From NCBI GenBank assembly GCA_041645165.1, contig JBAZQN010000001.1, positions 1-51,970 on the forward strand: a stretch of DNA of 51,970 nt. The letters run 5' to 3'. Source of the stretch: Patescibacteria group bacterium. GTDB taxonomy: Bacteria; Patescibacteriota; Patescibacteriia; 2-02-FULL-49-11. Each line of letters opens with the position of its first letter. Position 1 is the stretch's first letter. Positions 1 to 8,497 of this stretch are shown here, one piece after another. Both the position numbers and the translations under genes were made by a program. The notes beneath the pieces are model-generated. The model worked only from the letters and a program-made list of their open reading frames with translations, ran no database searches and was not told the origin of the DNA.

Positions 1-288
1 CCGGCGCTCCCGCGCCGTTCGATCCCGATGGGATGATGGTAACATACGAGCATGGTGTTATTTAATCGTATGCTTCCATGATCTCACCGGAAGACCTAAT
101 TGTCAACCTAATTGGAAATACTCAATAATTCACAGGAAGCGATGACTACGTGAGAAGCCACCGGAAGTACCCCGCATAAGGATGCGGTGAGTTAAAAAAG
201 CCTGCCGAGAAGCTTTCTCGACACGTTCACATTTCTCTGGAAGCAGACAACGTGGGTTAAACCAGCTGGGTAGATGGGAGAGAAGTGT

Positions 289-328
289 GAGCTGTCGGAC
301 ATGTCTTTTCGACAGGCTCTTTATTTTT
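289..328 (+). terminator. Terminator-like hairpin (GAGCTGTCG...CGACAGGCTC) followed by TTTATTTTT
   Basis: Imperfect 9-10 bp inverted repeat with a T-rich tail. It closes a hairpin-dense, non-coding-looking stretch (about 100-330) that I could not assign to a known RNA family. Confidence 0.35.
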
Positions 329-496
329 AAAAAAATTTTTCCAAACACCCCTCGCCTAGCCCGCATGCCATAGTGGCCTCCTCGGAGGCTTGTATATCGG
401 ATGCTAAATAGTACGCACTCACTTGACCCCCTCTCGCTCCCCCTTCTAAAGGGGGAGATAATTGTCAAAGGGGTAAATCGGTGATATACTCGAAAC

Positions 497-691
497 ATGA
501 AAGATACCTATCTCTATCCCATCATCATTGAATCCTGCGAGGAAGGAGGATTTTTTACCTCGTGTCCCGTAGTGCAGGGCGCGCATGCGGAAGGAGAAAC
601 ATACGCGGAGACCGTTGAAAATTTGGAGAGCGTGATGAAACACATTTTTCAGCTGGTACCGCATTTCTCTGTACACACCTATAGCAGATAA
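497..691 (+). CDS. hicB: HicB-like antitoxin (UPF0150 family), 64 aa
   Basis: N-terminus YLYPIIIESCEEGGFFTSCPVVQGAHAEGETYAETVENLESV matches the UPF0150/HicB pattern (xxEEGGYxxxxPxLxGCxxxGeTxeEAxxN). Confidence 0.75.
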   Translation: MKDTYLYPIIIESCEEGGFFTSCPVVQGAHAEGETYAETVENLESVMKHIFQLVPHFSVHTYSR

Positions 692-708
692 CGTCAGTTT
701 TTTAATAA

Positions 709-828
709 CGTCATTCCAGACTTGATCTGGAATCCAGAAAAATAAACAAACAAATAAATCGATTTTCCTTTTGGTTTCTGGATTCCCGCTGGAGCCTGCC
801 CCGTACCACGATACGGGGCGGGAATGAC
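709..828. mobile_element. MITE-like palindromic element, family A (CGTCATTCC...GGAATGAC termini)
   Basis: Termini are inverted (GTCATTCC / GGAATGAC). Internal hairpins are CCAGA..TCTGG and CCCCGTA..TACGGGG. The reverse complement is highly similar along its length to 32526-32644. Confidence 0.75.
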
Positions 829-861
829 AATGAGGCGTTAAAGAATTTTTATTACTTACTA

Positions 862-1062
862 TATCATGACCTTTCAAAACTTGCCCGCGAACGCGGGTTT
901 GTGTTTTGGTGCGCAGGCAAAGGGAGCCATGAAGTATGGGTGCGGCAGTCCGATAATCGGCGCACGGTCATCCCAAATCACGGCAGCACGCCGCTCAAAC
1001 GAAAAACCGTCAAGAGCGTGCTTGATGATCTGGAAATAGATCTACAGACATTTATGGATTAA
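862..1062 (+). pseudogene. hicA: HicA-like toxin reading frame without a usable start codon
   Basis: The frame translates to YHDLSKLARERGFVFWCAGKGSHEVWVRQSDNRRTVIPNHGSTPLKRKTVKSVLDDLEIDLQTFMD. This matches the HicA/YcfA pattern (GSH, PxH, GTLxSIL-like). The frame is open back to 709 through the family A element, but the first ATG/GTG/TTG is GTG at 901, inside the conserved core. Confidence 0.6.
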
Positions 1063-1067
1063 TAAGT

Positions 1068-1595
1068 ATGGTGCTTCACGGTGCCAAAGTGATATTGCGG
1101 CCAGTGGTGATGGCGGATGCGGAGCGGTATGCGCGCTGGCTTTCTGATCCTGCGGTGCATCAGTTTATCATGCGCAGGCGCGTCACGCTTAGGGAAGAGC
1201 GGCAGTGGATCCGGAATATCCCTTTGAGGAAGAATGACCGCATCTTTGCCATAGACACGCTGGAAGGAGTGCATATTGGTACCGTGGATTTGCACGTAAT
1301 CAACCAGATGGATCGCTGTGCGGTCTTGGGCATATTCATCGGCGATAAGCGTTATTGGAACCAGGGCTATGGCACGGATGCGATGCGGACGATCCTGCGC
1401 TACGGGTTCCAGAAATTGAAGCTACATCGCATCGAGCTTGGGGTCTATGCGTATAATCCGCGGGCGATACGCGTGTACGAAAAGTTGGGATTCACGCACG
1501 AGGGCAGGCAGAGGCGCGCCATTCGCTGGCGCAATAATTATTACGATCGTTTGATTATGGGGATTTTGAGGGAAGAGTGGCTGAAGCGCGAATAA
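1068..1595 (+). CDS. GNAT family N-acetyltransferase (RimJ/RimL-like)
   Basis: LRPVVMADAERYARWLSDP... and the acetyl-CoA motif QGYGTDAMRTILRYGF, plus HRIELGVYAYNPRAIRVYEKLGFTHEG. Confidence 0.85.
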   Translation: MVLHGAKVILRPVVMADAERYARWLSDPAVHQFIMRRRVTLREERQWIRNIPLRKNDRIFAIDTLEGVHIGTVDLHVINQMDRCAVLGIFIGDKRYWNQGYGTDAMRTILRYGFQKLKLHRIELGVYAYNPRAIRVYEKLGFTHEGRQRRAIRWRNNYYDRLIMGILREEWLKRE

Positions 1596-1701
1596 GGGCG
1601 CCAGAAAAAATAACTTGTAGGATCGTTTTGATGCGTAATGCCATTATTTCAGGCAATGCAGTTAATCAAAGTGTGAAGTTATTTTTGCAGGGCGCCTAAG
1701 G
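1594..1701. mobile_element. MITE-like element, family C (GGCGCC-A-rich-ATAAC terminal inverted repeats, TAAGG on both flanks)
   Basis: Left end is TAAGG|GCGCCAGAAAAAATAAC and right end is GTTATTTTTGCAGGGCGCC|TAAGG. The same ends and flanks occur at 21998-22106. Confidence 0.7.
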
Positions 1702-1756
1702 ATGAGGTGCGAGTAGGATAGAACGAGCGAATCAAGCAACCATTATAATGCGAAAA

Positions 1757-1786
1757 CCCTGTGGCTTATGCTCAACAGGGCTTTTT
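1757..1786. terminator. Bidirectional terminator-like hairpin (CCCTGT..ACAGGG) with A-run before and T-run after
   Basis: AAAACCCTGTGGCTTATGCTCAACAGGGCTTTTT. It lies downstream of the minus-strand small ORF ending at 1875. Confidence 0.5.
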
Positions 1787-1874
1787 ATAAGTGTCTCATG
1801 TGAGACCTCCTTTCAAAAACGAAATCAGAGTACGCGACTATCTCGCGCCCGGCCAATCCGGGAATTATATAGAA

Positions 1875-2051
1875 TTAATTTTCATCCCATTTTTCCCTGT
1901 TGGGCCGCTGGGATTTTTGACCACCCATCTCTTTCAGAACTTTAGAGATGTTATATGCTGAAGATTTTTTTTCAGCTGAAGCTGGATGGTCATCAAAGCT
2001 TTTTGGAAGTCCCTGCTTTGGTCGCCGGGACTCCTGGTCATCATACACCAT
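1875..2051 (-). CDS. Hypothetical small hydrophilic protein (58 aa)
   Basis: The ATG at 2051 has a GGAGG 8 nt upstream, and a terminator hairpin lies downstream. I recognised no family. Confidence 0.4.
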   Translation of the reverse strand: MVYDDQESRRPKQGLPKSFDDHPASAEKKSSAYNISKVLKEMGGQKSQRPNREKWDEN

Positions 2052-2268
2052 CGGTCTCACCTCCTTTCTATTTGGGATTCTGAAGTCTATTTTTCAAACA
2101 AGTGTATTCCTTGTATACTAATGTTGTCAAGGCGATGCACTTATCTGTTTGCGGCAAACAAGCAGTGAGGAATAGTGATAATCATAGGGACCTATTAAAA
2201 TATGGGATAGGATAGATAGGTCGAATAATAAGACTAATAAGTCTGATAAATTTGATTGTTTATAACTT

Positions 2269-2691
2269 ATGTGGCTCCTGTTTGCATTTTTGTCTGCGGT
2301 GACGGCCGCCGCAGTGGCAATTTTTGGGAAACTGGGTTTGAAAAACCTTGATTCCACGCTCGCGACCACGATCCGTTCCATGGTCATGGCGCTCTTCCTG
2401 CTTTTAGTGAGTTTCAGTTTGGGCAAATGGCGGCAGTTTTCCGCCGGAAGCATCGCAGGCAAAGATTGGCTCTTAATTGTATTATCAGGCGTGGCCGGTG
2501 CGCTGTCGTGGCTGTTCTACTTTTTCGCGCTAAAAAGCGGCGACGCCTCCAAGGTCGTGGCGATTGACCGGTTAAGCATCCTGTTCGTGATCGTATTTGC
2601 CGTGATTTTCCTGGGGGAAACCCTTGGCTGGAAACAAGCGCTCGGGGCGATTCTCATGGCGGCCGGGGCGATTTTGATAACGATGCGGTAG
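2269..2691 (+). CDS. Small EamA/DMT-superfamily membrane transporter (single EamA domain)
   Basis: 140 aa with multiple TM segments. The FGKLGLK...ALSWLFYFFALKSGDASKVVAIDRLSILF...FLGE pattern is typical of EamA domains. Confidence 0.7.
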   Translation: MWLLFAFLSAVTAAAVAIFGKLGLKNLDSTLATTIRSMVMALFLLLVSFSLGKWRQFSAGSIAGKDWLLIVLSGVAGALSWLFYFFALKSGDASKVVAIDRLSILFVIVFAVIFLGETLGWKQALGAILMAAGAILITMR

Positions 2692-2756
2692 GGGTGGACA
2701 ATTGAACGGTGTCGTGATATGTTTTAATAGTCCTTATTAAGCTAACTTATAAATAT

Positions 2757-3056
2757 ATGGCACAAATTATTGGAGCAAGAGAAGGAGCGGGTGATGCAAT
2801 GAGGAATATGGGAGGTTCAATGTTTGCACGGGATAATACAACTCCAAAAGGTGAAATTAAAAATTATCAGTTGATTTTACAAAGGTTACAAGGAAGGTTG
2901 AATGACCAAGATGCAGCGGTTGTAAAGAGTGATTTTGATGCACAAGTGAAAGCGAAAGCGGATATGTCAGATCAGGCAAAGGTTGAGTTGATTCAAGGCT
3001 TATTAGTACAGCACAATGTCCCAGAGATAAAGGAAGAGGTCAAAGAGGCGGCATGA
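2757..3056 (+). CDS. Hypothetical protein (99 aa, charged, helical-looking)
   Basis: The ORF sits in a visibly AT-richer stretch and is followed by a clean terminator. I recognised no family. Confidence 0.45.
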   Translation: MAQIIGAREGAGDAMRNMGGSMFARDNTTPKGEIKNYQLILQRLQGRLNDQDAAVVKSDFDAQVKAKADMSDQAKVELIQGLLVQHNVPEIKEEVKEAA

Positions 3057-3074
3057 ACAAAAATTTGAAAAATG

Positions 3075-3100
3075 AAAAGCGCGGATTCCCGCGCTTTTTT
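3075..3100 (+). terminator. Rho-independent terminator
   Basis: AAAAGCGCGG ATTC CCGCGCTTTTTT directly after the 2757-3056 ORF. Confidence 0.8.
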
Positions 3101-3155
3101 CGTGGCTGAGCCGTTAGTTAGAAGTCAGCGTTTTCCAAAAAGAGCCAAATGAAAC

Positions 3156-3199
3156 CGCCCCTCAATGTCCCCTCCTTAGTAAGGAGGGGATGGGGAGGT
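3156..3199. repeat. G/C-run palindromic repeat, family B (short copy)
   Basis: TCCCCTCCTTAGTAAGGAGGGGA hairpin with flanking CCGCCCCTC / GGGGAGG runs. Confidence 0.55.
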
Positions 3200-3297
3200 C
3201 TCCTTTGGGGAAATGTGAATAGGTTACAGCTGTTATCATGGTCGTTTTTTGAAGAATATGATAAAATATCTCCGCTTACTCACTAACCTTATCCCCT

Positions 3298-4020
3298 ATG
3301 GAGTACTTTAAATCCCCCAAATTCGCGCTTTCTGTATTGGGAATAGCCGCCGTCACCGCGATCGTCATCATGGCCTTGGTGCAAAAGCCCTTCTCTAATC
3401 CTCCTCAGCAATTTAATGTCTCGGGCGAGGGCAAAGTGGAGGTAGCACCTGATATTGCGCTGGTGCGCGTGGGCGTGGCAACCACGCCGAAAGCATCGGC
3501 GGGGGAAGCAGTAAAAGAAAATACGTTCATCATGAACCGCGTCATGAAGGTGGTATCTGACGCGGGCATTGCGCGCGAAGACATAAAGACCATGAATTAT
3601 ACTCTGAATCCCCAGTATGAATTTCCCGACGGGAAGCAGAGATTATTGGGGTACGTGGTGTCGCAGGACGTACAATTGAAGATTCGCGATCTCACGAAGG
3701 TCGGCGATATCATCGGCGCGGCGACGTCGGCGGGCGCTAATCAGGTGAATGACATCCAGTTCACACTCGAGAATCCGGAAAGCGCGAAGGCAGACGCGCG
3801 CGCCAAGGCGATCGAAGCAGCAAAATTAAAAGCAGCCGTGATTGCGGATGCCGCAGGGTTGGATTTGAAAAAATTAATAAACTTCTACGAAGTGGAGTCT
3901 CCCATTCCCACGCCGTACTATGACGGCAAGGGCGGCGGCGGCACGGATATGTCGGTGCCGGTGTCGCAGGGGATGTACGAGGTGGTGGTGCAGGTGAATT
4001 TGGTTTATGAGGTCAGATAA
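3298..4020 (+). CDS. SIMPL/DUF541 (BP26-like) periplasmic protein, paralog 1
   Basis: N-terminal TM anchor, then FNVSGEGKVEVAPDIALVRVGV. The C-terminal pattern QG...VVVQVNLVYEV is typical of SIMPL domains. Confidence 0.8.
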   Translation: MEYFKSPKFALSVLGIAAVTAIVIMALVQKPFSNPPQQFNVSGEGKVEVAPDIALVRVGVATTPKASAGEAVKENTFIMNRVMKVVSDAGIAREDIKTMNYTLNPQYEFPDGKQRLLGYVVSQDVQLKIRDLTKVGDIIGAATSAGANQVNDIQFTLENPESAKADARAKAIEAAKLKAAVIADAAGLDLKKLINFYEVESPIPTPYYDGKGGGGTDMSVPVSQGMYEVVVQVNLVYEVR

Positions 4021-4254
4021 TGATACGAACAGTTTGCAAGAAGAGGCTTTTTGTTTCTATTAAGTATTCATCATCGTTTTTCCTTTACTCAGGAATACAC
4101 AATTTTTTTGCGGACGCGACCTAGCAGCTTGATACGCCTAAATCCTCGAAAAATTGGTATTCCTTCGCTCTAAATTCATGATTAATTCACCTGCGAGTGG
4201 GAGAGAAGGGAAAGGATACCCATTTAACAATTTAGCAATTTAACCATTTTCATT

Positions 4255-5013
4255 ATGTCTTCATTACAAAAATTTATACTTTCATTAATAGGCGTGTTGG
4301 TGGTGGGCGGGGTGCTCGTGGTGGGCGCGGCGAGGATGGGGAAAGGGCCGTCGCGCATTGAGGTGTCTACGGCAGAACCGCAGGACCACTTTTCCATATC
4401 CGCGGAGGGCAAGGTGAGCGCAAAGCCGGACATTGCGGTGATGACTTTCGGCGTGGTGACGGAGAAACCCACGGTCGCGCAAGCCACCAAAGAGAATACC
4501 GACAAAATGAATGCAGTTATTAAGTCGGTAAAAGCGAATAGGGTAGCGGAGAAGGATATCAAGACTTCGCAGTACCAGCTCAATCCCGTGTACGAATACC
4601 CGCCCAACGGCAGGCCTTATATCCGCGGCTACTCCTTAAACCAGCAGATTGAGGTGAAGGTGCGCGATTTTGACACGATCGGCGATGTCATCGCGGCGGC
4701 GACCGGCGCAGGCGCCAATGAAGTGGGTTCGCTCCAATTTACCATTGATGAGCCTGATGCGTTAAAAACACAAGCGCGCAACGAAGCGATTGGAAAGGCG
4801 CGGGACAAGGCGCGCCAGATTGCGGACGAAGCAGGATTGAAGCTCGGGCGGCTTATTAATGTGAGCGAGTCAGGTGGTTATACGCCGCCGGTGCCGATGT
4901 ACGACCGCGCGTACATGCTGGAAGCGAAATCAGTTGGCTCTGTGGCGCCGGAAATTCAAGCAGGGGAGCAGGAGATTACGGTGACGGTGACGTTGGTGTA
5001 CGAAGTGGAGTAA
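4255..5013 (+). CDS. SIMPL/DUF541 (BP26-like) periplasmic protein, paralog 2
   Basis: FSISAEGKVSAKPDIAVMTFGV...QEITVTVTLVYEVE. Collinear with the upstream paralog. Confidence 0.8.
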   Translation: MSSLQKFILSLIGVLVVGGVLVVGAARMGKGPSRIEVSTAEPQDHFSISAEGKVSAKPDIAVMTFGVVTEKPTVAQATKENTDKMNAVIKSVKANRVAEKDIKTSQYQLNPVYEYPPNGRPYIRGYSLNQQIEVKVRDFDTIGDVIAAATGAGANEVGSLQFTIDEPDALKTQARNEAIGKARDKARQIADEAGLKLGRLINVSESGGYTPPVPMYDRAYMLEAKSVGSVAPEIQAGEQEITVTVTLVYEVE

Positions 5014-5029
5014 GTGCGAGGCATGTCTG

Positions 5030-5163
5030 TATAAAAAGACGCGGTTGTCCCGCCCTGCGAGCGGGACACCGCTCGGCTCTCGGGTTCGCTCCTCCGACGT
5101 GGCGTCGGAGACCGTGCCCGCTCACCCTCCGAGACGCTTTTTATTGCAGCCACTCCTCGCTTG
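5030..5163 (+). repeat. Structured direct repeat, family D, copy 1
   Basis: ATAAAAAGACGCGGTTGTCCCGCCCTGCGAGCGGGACACCGCTCGGCTCTCGGGTTCGCTC...GAGACGCTTTTTATTGCAGCCACTCCTCGCTTG. Nearly identical to 5607-5735 except for the central hairpin. Confidence 0.85.
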
Positions 5164-5302
5164 GGGGGATATAGGAAATCGGTTTCGTGACGGTCTGGAA
5201 AAGACATTACTTCGTATACTAAAAAGTAGGGGGAGAGAAGGTAGGTAACCATTTAGCAATTTAATGTAAAGGTCCATTGTAAAATAATTATTCTCATTAT
5301 GT

Positions 5303-5584
5303 ATGAATACCTTAAGTTATAAAGTTACCGGTTGGACCGTGTCAGTGTTTTCAGTGTTGAGCTATGCCTTATGTTTCCTCTGGGCGTATACGCTGGCGGG
5401 CGATTTGAGAGAAATGCATGTGAATTGGCTGCGGATGGCGTATTTGAAATTTGCCGGACTTGATGTGATGAGTTTTTTGTCAGGACTTGTGCAGACGTTT
5501 GTGTGGGCATGGATTGCGGTGATCGCGTTTGTCTGGTTGTGGAACAGGTTTTACCATAAGTTCGAGAAGACGGGGACAGCATAG
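5303..5584 (+). CDS. Small integral membrane protein (93 aa, about 3 TM)
   Basis: Hydrophobic segments VSVFSVLSYALCFLWAY, FLSGLVQTFVWAWIAVIAFVWLW. The gene is flanked by the two family D repeats. Confidence 0.55.
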   Translation: MNTLSYKVTGWTVSVFSVLSYALCFLWAYTLAGDLREMHVNWLRMAYLKFAGLDVMSFLSGLVQTFVWAWIAVIAFVWLWNRFYHKFEKTGTA

Positions 5585-5606
5585 GAGAGGCGCTCGGAGT
5601 GTTTGC

Positions 5607-5735
5607 ATAAAAAGACGCGGTTGTCCCGCCCTGCGAGCGGGACACCGCTCGGCTCTCGGGTTCGCTCTCCCGCTTCGCGGGATCCGTGCCCGCTCACCCT
5701 CCGAGACGCTTTTTATTGCACCCACTCCTCGCTTG
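5607..5735 (+). repeat. Structured direct repeat, family D, copy 2
   Basis: Same 5' and 3' blocks as 5030-5163. The central hairpin is TCCCGC-TTC-GCGGGA instead of CTCCGACG-TGG-CGTCGGAG. Confidence 0.85.
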
Positions 5736-5753
5736 AGGTTAAGAGTTGAAGCT

Positions 5754-5786
5754 GCGAGGGTGTTCACGAACGCACATCCTCGCTTG
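5754..5786 (+). repeat. Hairpin repeat, family E, copy 1
   Basis: GCGAGGGTGTTCACGAACGCACATCCTCGCTTG, identical to 5871-5903. Confidence 0.8.
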
Positions 5787-5870
5787 GGAAAATTAGGAAG
5801 ATCCATACCCGCGGAATCTCCGAGACACTTTCCTTCACAGGCAATCCTCACTTGGGGGGAGTAAAGAGTT

Positions 5871-5903
5871 GCGAGGGTGTTCACGAACGCACATCCTCGC
5901 TTG
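5871..5903 (+). repeat. Hairpin repeat, family E, copy 2
   Basis: Identical 33-mer to 5754-5786. The stem is GCGAGG/CCTCGC. Confidence 0.8.
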
Positions 5904-5971
5904 TGGGGAGGAGGTTTTGTATTATAAAAACCGCCTGTGGAGGGCGGTTTTCATTATGATTTAATCAGAAA

Positions 5972-6328
5972 CTATGATTGCGGATCCTTTTCATTCTGTT
6001 CATCCTCCTTATTTTCTTTTGGCGTGTCTGGTTTGCTCTTCATCTCCTCCACCGTTTTCTTGATTTCATGGACGACGGTTTCCGCTTTCTCCTTCATCTC
6101 CGCGCCGACTCGCGTGAAATGCGCGCGATCAAGGTTTGCGTCTGCCGCACCTTCAAGGGGCACGATAATCCAGAGGATGAGATAAGCCAGCACACCGAAT
6201 CCTTGGAAGAGCGCAAGGAGCACAAAGGCAAGGCGGACGATGGTTGGATCAATGTTGAAATATACTGCAAGCCCGGCGCACACGCCGGCGATCATTTTAT
6301 TGTTACGAGAGCGGTATAGTTTTTTCAT
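5972..6328 (-). CDS. PspC-domain membrane protein
   Basis: [54 protein letters not shown] is a textbook PspC domain. Confidence 0.85.
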   Translation of the reverse strand: MKKLYRSRNNKMIAGVCAGLAVYFNIDPTIVRLAFVLLALFQGFGVLAYLILWIIVPLEGAADANLDRAHFTRVGAEMKEKAETVVHEIKKTVEEMKSKPDTPKENKEDEQNEKDPQS

Positions 6329-6442
6329 ATAGTATTTTGCATTAATTAACGATTAGATTGTACTATAACGTGGTAAAATTGTCGAGGAAGGAATAGATAA
6401 TAGAAGATTGTAATTATAATAAATTTGTGATAGGCTCATAGC

Positions 6443-7864
6443 ATGAATAGAACTATTGTGAGTGAAACTACGGGTGCCATTGGCGCCACGGTGCTCCTGA
6501 AGGGATGGGTGCATGCGCGCCGGAATCTCGGAAAGATCGTATTTTTTGACGTGCGCGACCGGTCTGGCATCGTTCAGGCGGTGTGCGTGCCGAAAGAATT
6601 GGATCCCGCATCGGTGGACGCAGTGACCAAGATACGCCCGGAGTGGGTGGTGGAAATTGAAGGCGCGGTGCAGATGAGGCAGGAGAAGGACGTGAATCCG
6701 CTCATCCCCACCGGCAAGATAGAGGTCCTCGCAAAGCGCGTGGCGGTCCTCAATGAGGCGAAGACGCCACCGTTTGAAATCGACAAAGACACGAAAGGGA
6801 TTTCCGAAGAGTTGCGCCTGAAGTACCGCTACCTTGATTTGCGCAGCGACCGGATGCGGCGGAACATGCTCATGCGCTCCAAGATGATGCACTATGTGCG
6901 GAGTTACTTGCGCGAGAGGGGATTTACCGAAATCCATACGCCCATGCTTTCCAAATCAACGCCGGAAGGAGCGCGCGACTATCTCGTGCCTTCGCGCAAA
7001 TACCACGGCAAGTTTTTTGCGCTCCCGCAATCTCCCCAGCAATACAAGCAGATGCTCATGGTGGCGGGATTTGAGCGGTATTTCCAGATCGCGCCCTGTT
7101 TCCGCGACGAGGACGCGCGCGCGGACCGCAGTCCCGGAGAATTCTACCAAGTGGACATGGAGATGAGCTTCGTGACGCAGGACGAGATCCTTGCGCTCAC
7201 CGAGCACATGTTCACCGCGATGGTGAAAGAGCTATGGCCTGAAAAACATTTCATGCAAGAGCCGTGGCCGCGGCTGAAGTACCAGGAGGTGATGGTGAAG
7301 TATGGCACGGACAAGCCTGATTTGCGCCGGAATAAAGAGGATATGAGTGAGCTCGCATTCGCATGGGTGCTTGATTTCCCTCTCTTCATGCGGCAGAGCA
7401 AAGAAGACTTCTTCTTCGGCGCAGGCAAGGTATGGGCGCCGTCCCATCATATGTTCACGGCACCCAAGGAAGAGGATGTGCCGCTTCTTGATACTGATCC
7501 CGGGAAGGCGAGGTCTTACCAGCATGATTTGGTCTTGAATGGGATTGAAGTGGGAGGCGGCAGCGTGCGGATTCACAGCGCCGCGCTCCAGGAGAAAATA
7601 TTTGACCTCATCGGATTTACTGCGGAGGACAAGAAGAAATTCGAACATCTTTTGCGCGCGTTTGAGTTCGGGGTGCCGCCCCACGGCGGCATTGCGCCGG
7701 GGTTTGACCGTCTGCTTGCTATCCTGCAGGGAGAAAAATCAATCCGCGAGGTGATTGCGTTCCCCTTGACCGCCGATGCCCGCGATCCGCTCATGGATTC
7801 GCCGAGTGAAGTGACGAGCGAGCAGTTGGAAGAATTGGGGATTAAGGTGGTTGAGGAAGCTTGA
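6443..7864 (+). CDS. aspS: Aspartate--tRNA ligase, bacterial type but lacking the GAD insertion domain (473 aa)
   Basis: OB-fold N-terminus (LKGWVHARRNLGKIVFFDVRDRSG), LRLKYRYLDLR, and motif 2 FRDEDARADRSPGEFYQVDMEMSF. GTDKPDLR is followed almost directly by WVLDFPLF. Motif 3 is GGIAPGFDRL. Confidence 0.9.
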   Translation: MNRTIVSETTGAIGATVLLKGWVHARRNLGKIVFFDVRDRSGIVQAVCVPKELDPASVDAVTKIRPEWVVEIEGAVQMRQEKDVNPLIPTGKIEVLAKRVAVLNEAKTPPFEIDKDTKGISEELRLKYRYLDLRSDRMRRNMLMRSKMMHYVRSYLRERGFTEIHTPMLSKSTPEGARDYLVPSRKYHGKFFALPQSPQQYKQMLMVAGFERYFQIAPCFRDEDARADRSPGEFYQVDMEMSFVTQDEILALTEHMFTAMVKELWPEKHFMQEPWPRLKYQEVMVKYGTDKPDLRRNKEDMSELAFAWVLDFPLFMRQSKEDFFFGAGKVWAPSHHMFTAPKEEDVPLLDTDPGKARSYQHDLVLNGIEVGGGSVRIHSAALQEKIFDLIGFTAEDKKKFEHLLRAFEFGVPPHGGIAPGFDRLLAILQGEKSIREVIAFPLTADARDPLMDSPSEVTSEQLEELGIKVVEEA

Positions 7865-7865
7865 A

Positions 7866-7976
7866 TCTAGTGCCGTGACAATTAAGTTTTGCCACATGGC
7901 ATGTATGAATTACCCAATATCCACGGGCATAAAACACACTGATGATATTCCATAATTAAATTGTCACGGTACTAGA
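7866..7976. repeat. 111-bp element bounded by an 18-bp inverted repeat
   Basis: TCTAGTGCCGTGACAATT (7866-7883) and AATTGTCACGGTACTAGA (7959-7976) are complementary at 17 of 18 positions. The element starts 2 nt after the aspS stop. Confidence 0.7.
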
Positions 7977-8072
7977 ATATAGAAGCTGGAATCTAGAAGT
8001 ATGTGGGTGGGAATGCAAGAAAAAAAGTCGTTTGGAGTATTCAGAGGGAATATTGTATAATGAAGGCGTGTG

Positions 8073-8438
8073 ATGCGCCTTTCTTTGTTGCAGAAATACA
8101 TACTTCGCATGGTGTATGAGGGCCGTCTGAAGCGGTTCCCGAGGGATCGGTTTGTGCAATATTACGCGGAAGAACGCGGAACGTCACGCGTGGCAATAAC
8201 GCGGAAACACGCGGAAGGCGATGATGCGGTGAATGCGATTACAAAGAGTATTGAGCGTTTAATTGACAAAGAGCTTATGGTGGGGTATGGCGTGCGCACG
8301 CCGCATAAGTGGTATATCCACGAGGTAAAGCTGACTGCGAAGGGAAAGAAAATTGCTAAGAGACTGAGGGGAGAACAACAAGTATTACCCTTAAAAACAC
8401 CAAACACTAAGAAACAAACATCAAATAATACCCAATAA
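8073..8438 (+). CDS. Hypothetical winged-helix-like DNA-binding protein with basic tail
   Basis: LLQKYILRMVYEG...ITKSIERLIDKELMVGYGVRTPHKWYIHEVKLTAKGKKIAKRL resembles a wHTH recognition helix plus wing. A TATAAT lies at 8056-8061, just upstream. Confidence 0.5.
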   Translation: MRLSLLQKYILRMVYEGRLKRFPRDRFVQYYAEERGTSRVAITRKHAEGDDAVNAITKSIERLIDKELMVGYGVRTPHKWYIHEVKLTAKGKKIAKRLRGEQQVLPLKTPNTKKQTSNNTQ

Positions 8439-8497
8439 CCAAGTAGCAATGATCAATATTGGTTATTGGATCTTGTATCTTGATTATTTATATTACT

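Noticed and set aside
100-345. A hairpin-dense non-coding stretch at the window start (CCGCAT-AAGG-ATGCGG, CGAGAA-GCT-TTCTCG, terminal hairpin plus T-run). I considered SRP RNA, tmRNA, RNase P RNA and a riboswitch.
   Set aside because: GGAAGCAGAC loosely recalls the SRP helix-8 sequence, but I could not find the surrounding conserved SRP motifs. tmRNA and RNase P signatures were also absent. The upstream part may be truncated by the window edge. I keep only the terminator-like hairpin, at low confidence.
5045-5864. ORFs 5045-5248 and 5529-5864 (plus minus-strand ORFs 4956-5252, 5325-5645 and 5480-5884) inside the family D/E repeats.
   Set aside because: They are translations of the repeats themselves (RPASGTPLGSRVRSS... 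appears in both). They are low-complexity and Arg/Pro/Ser-rich, and they are mutually overlapping on both strands.
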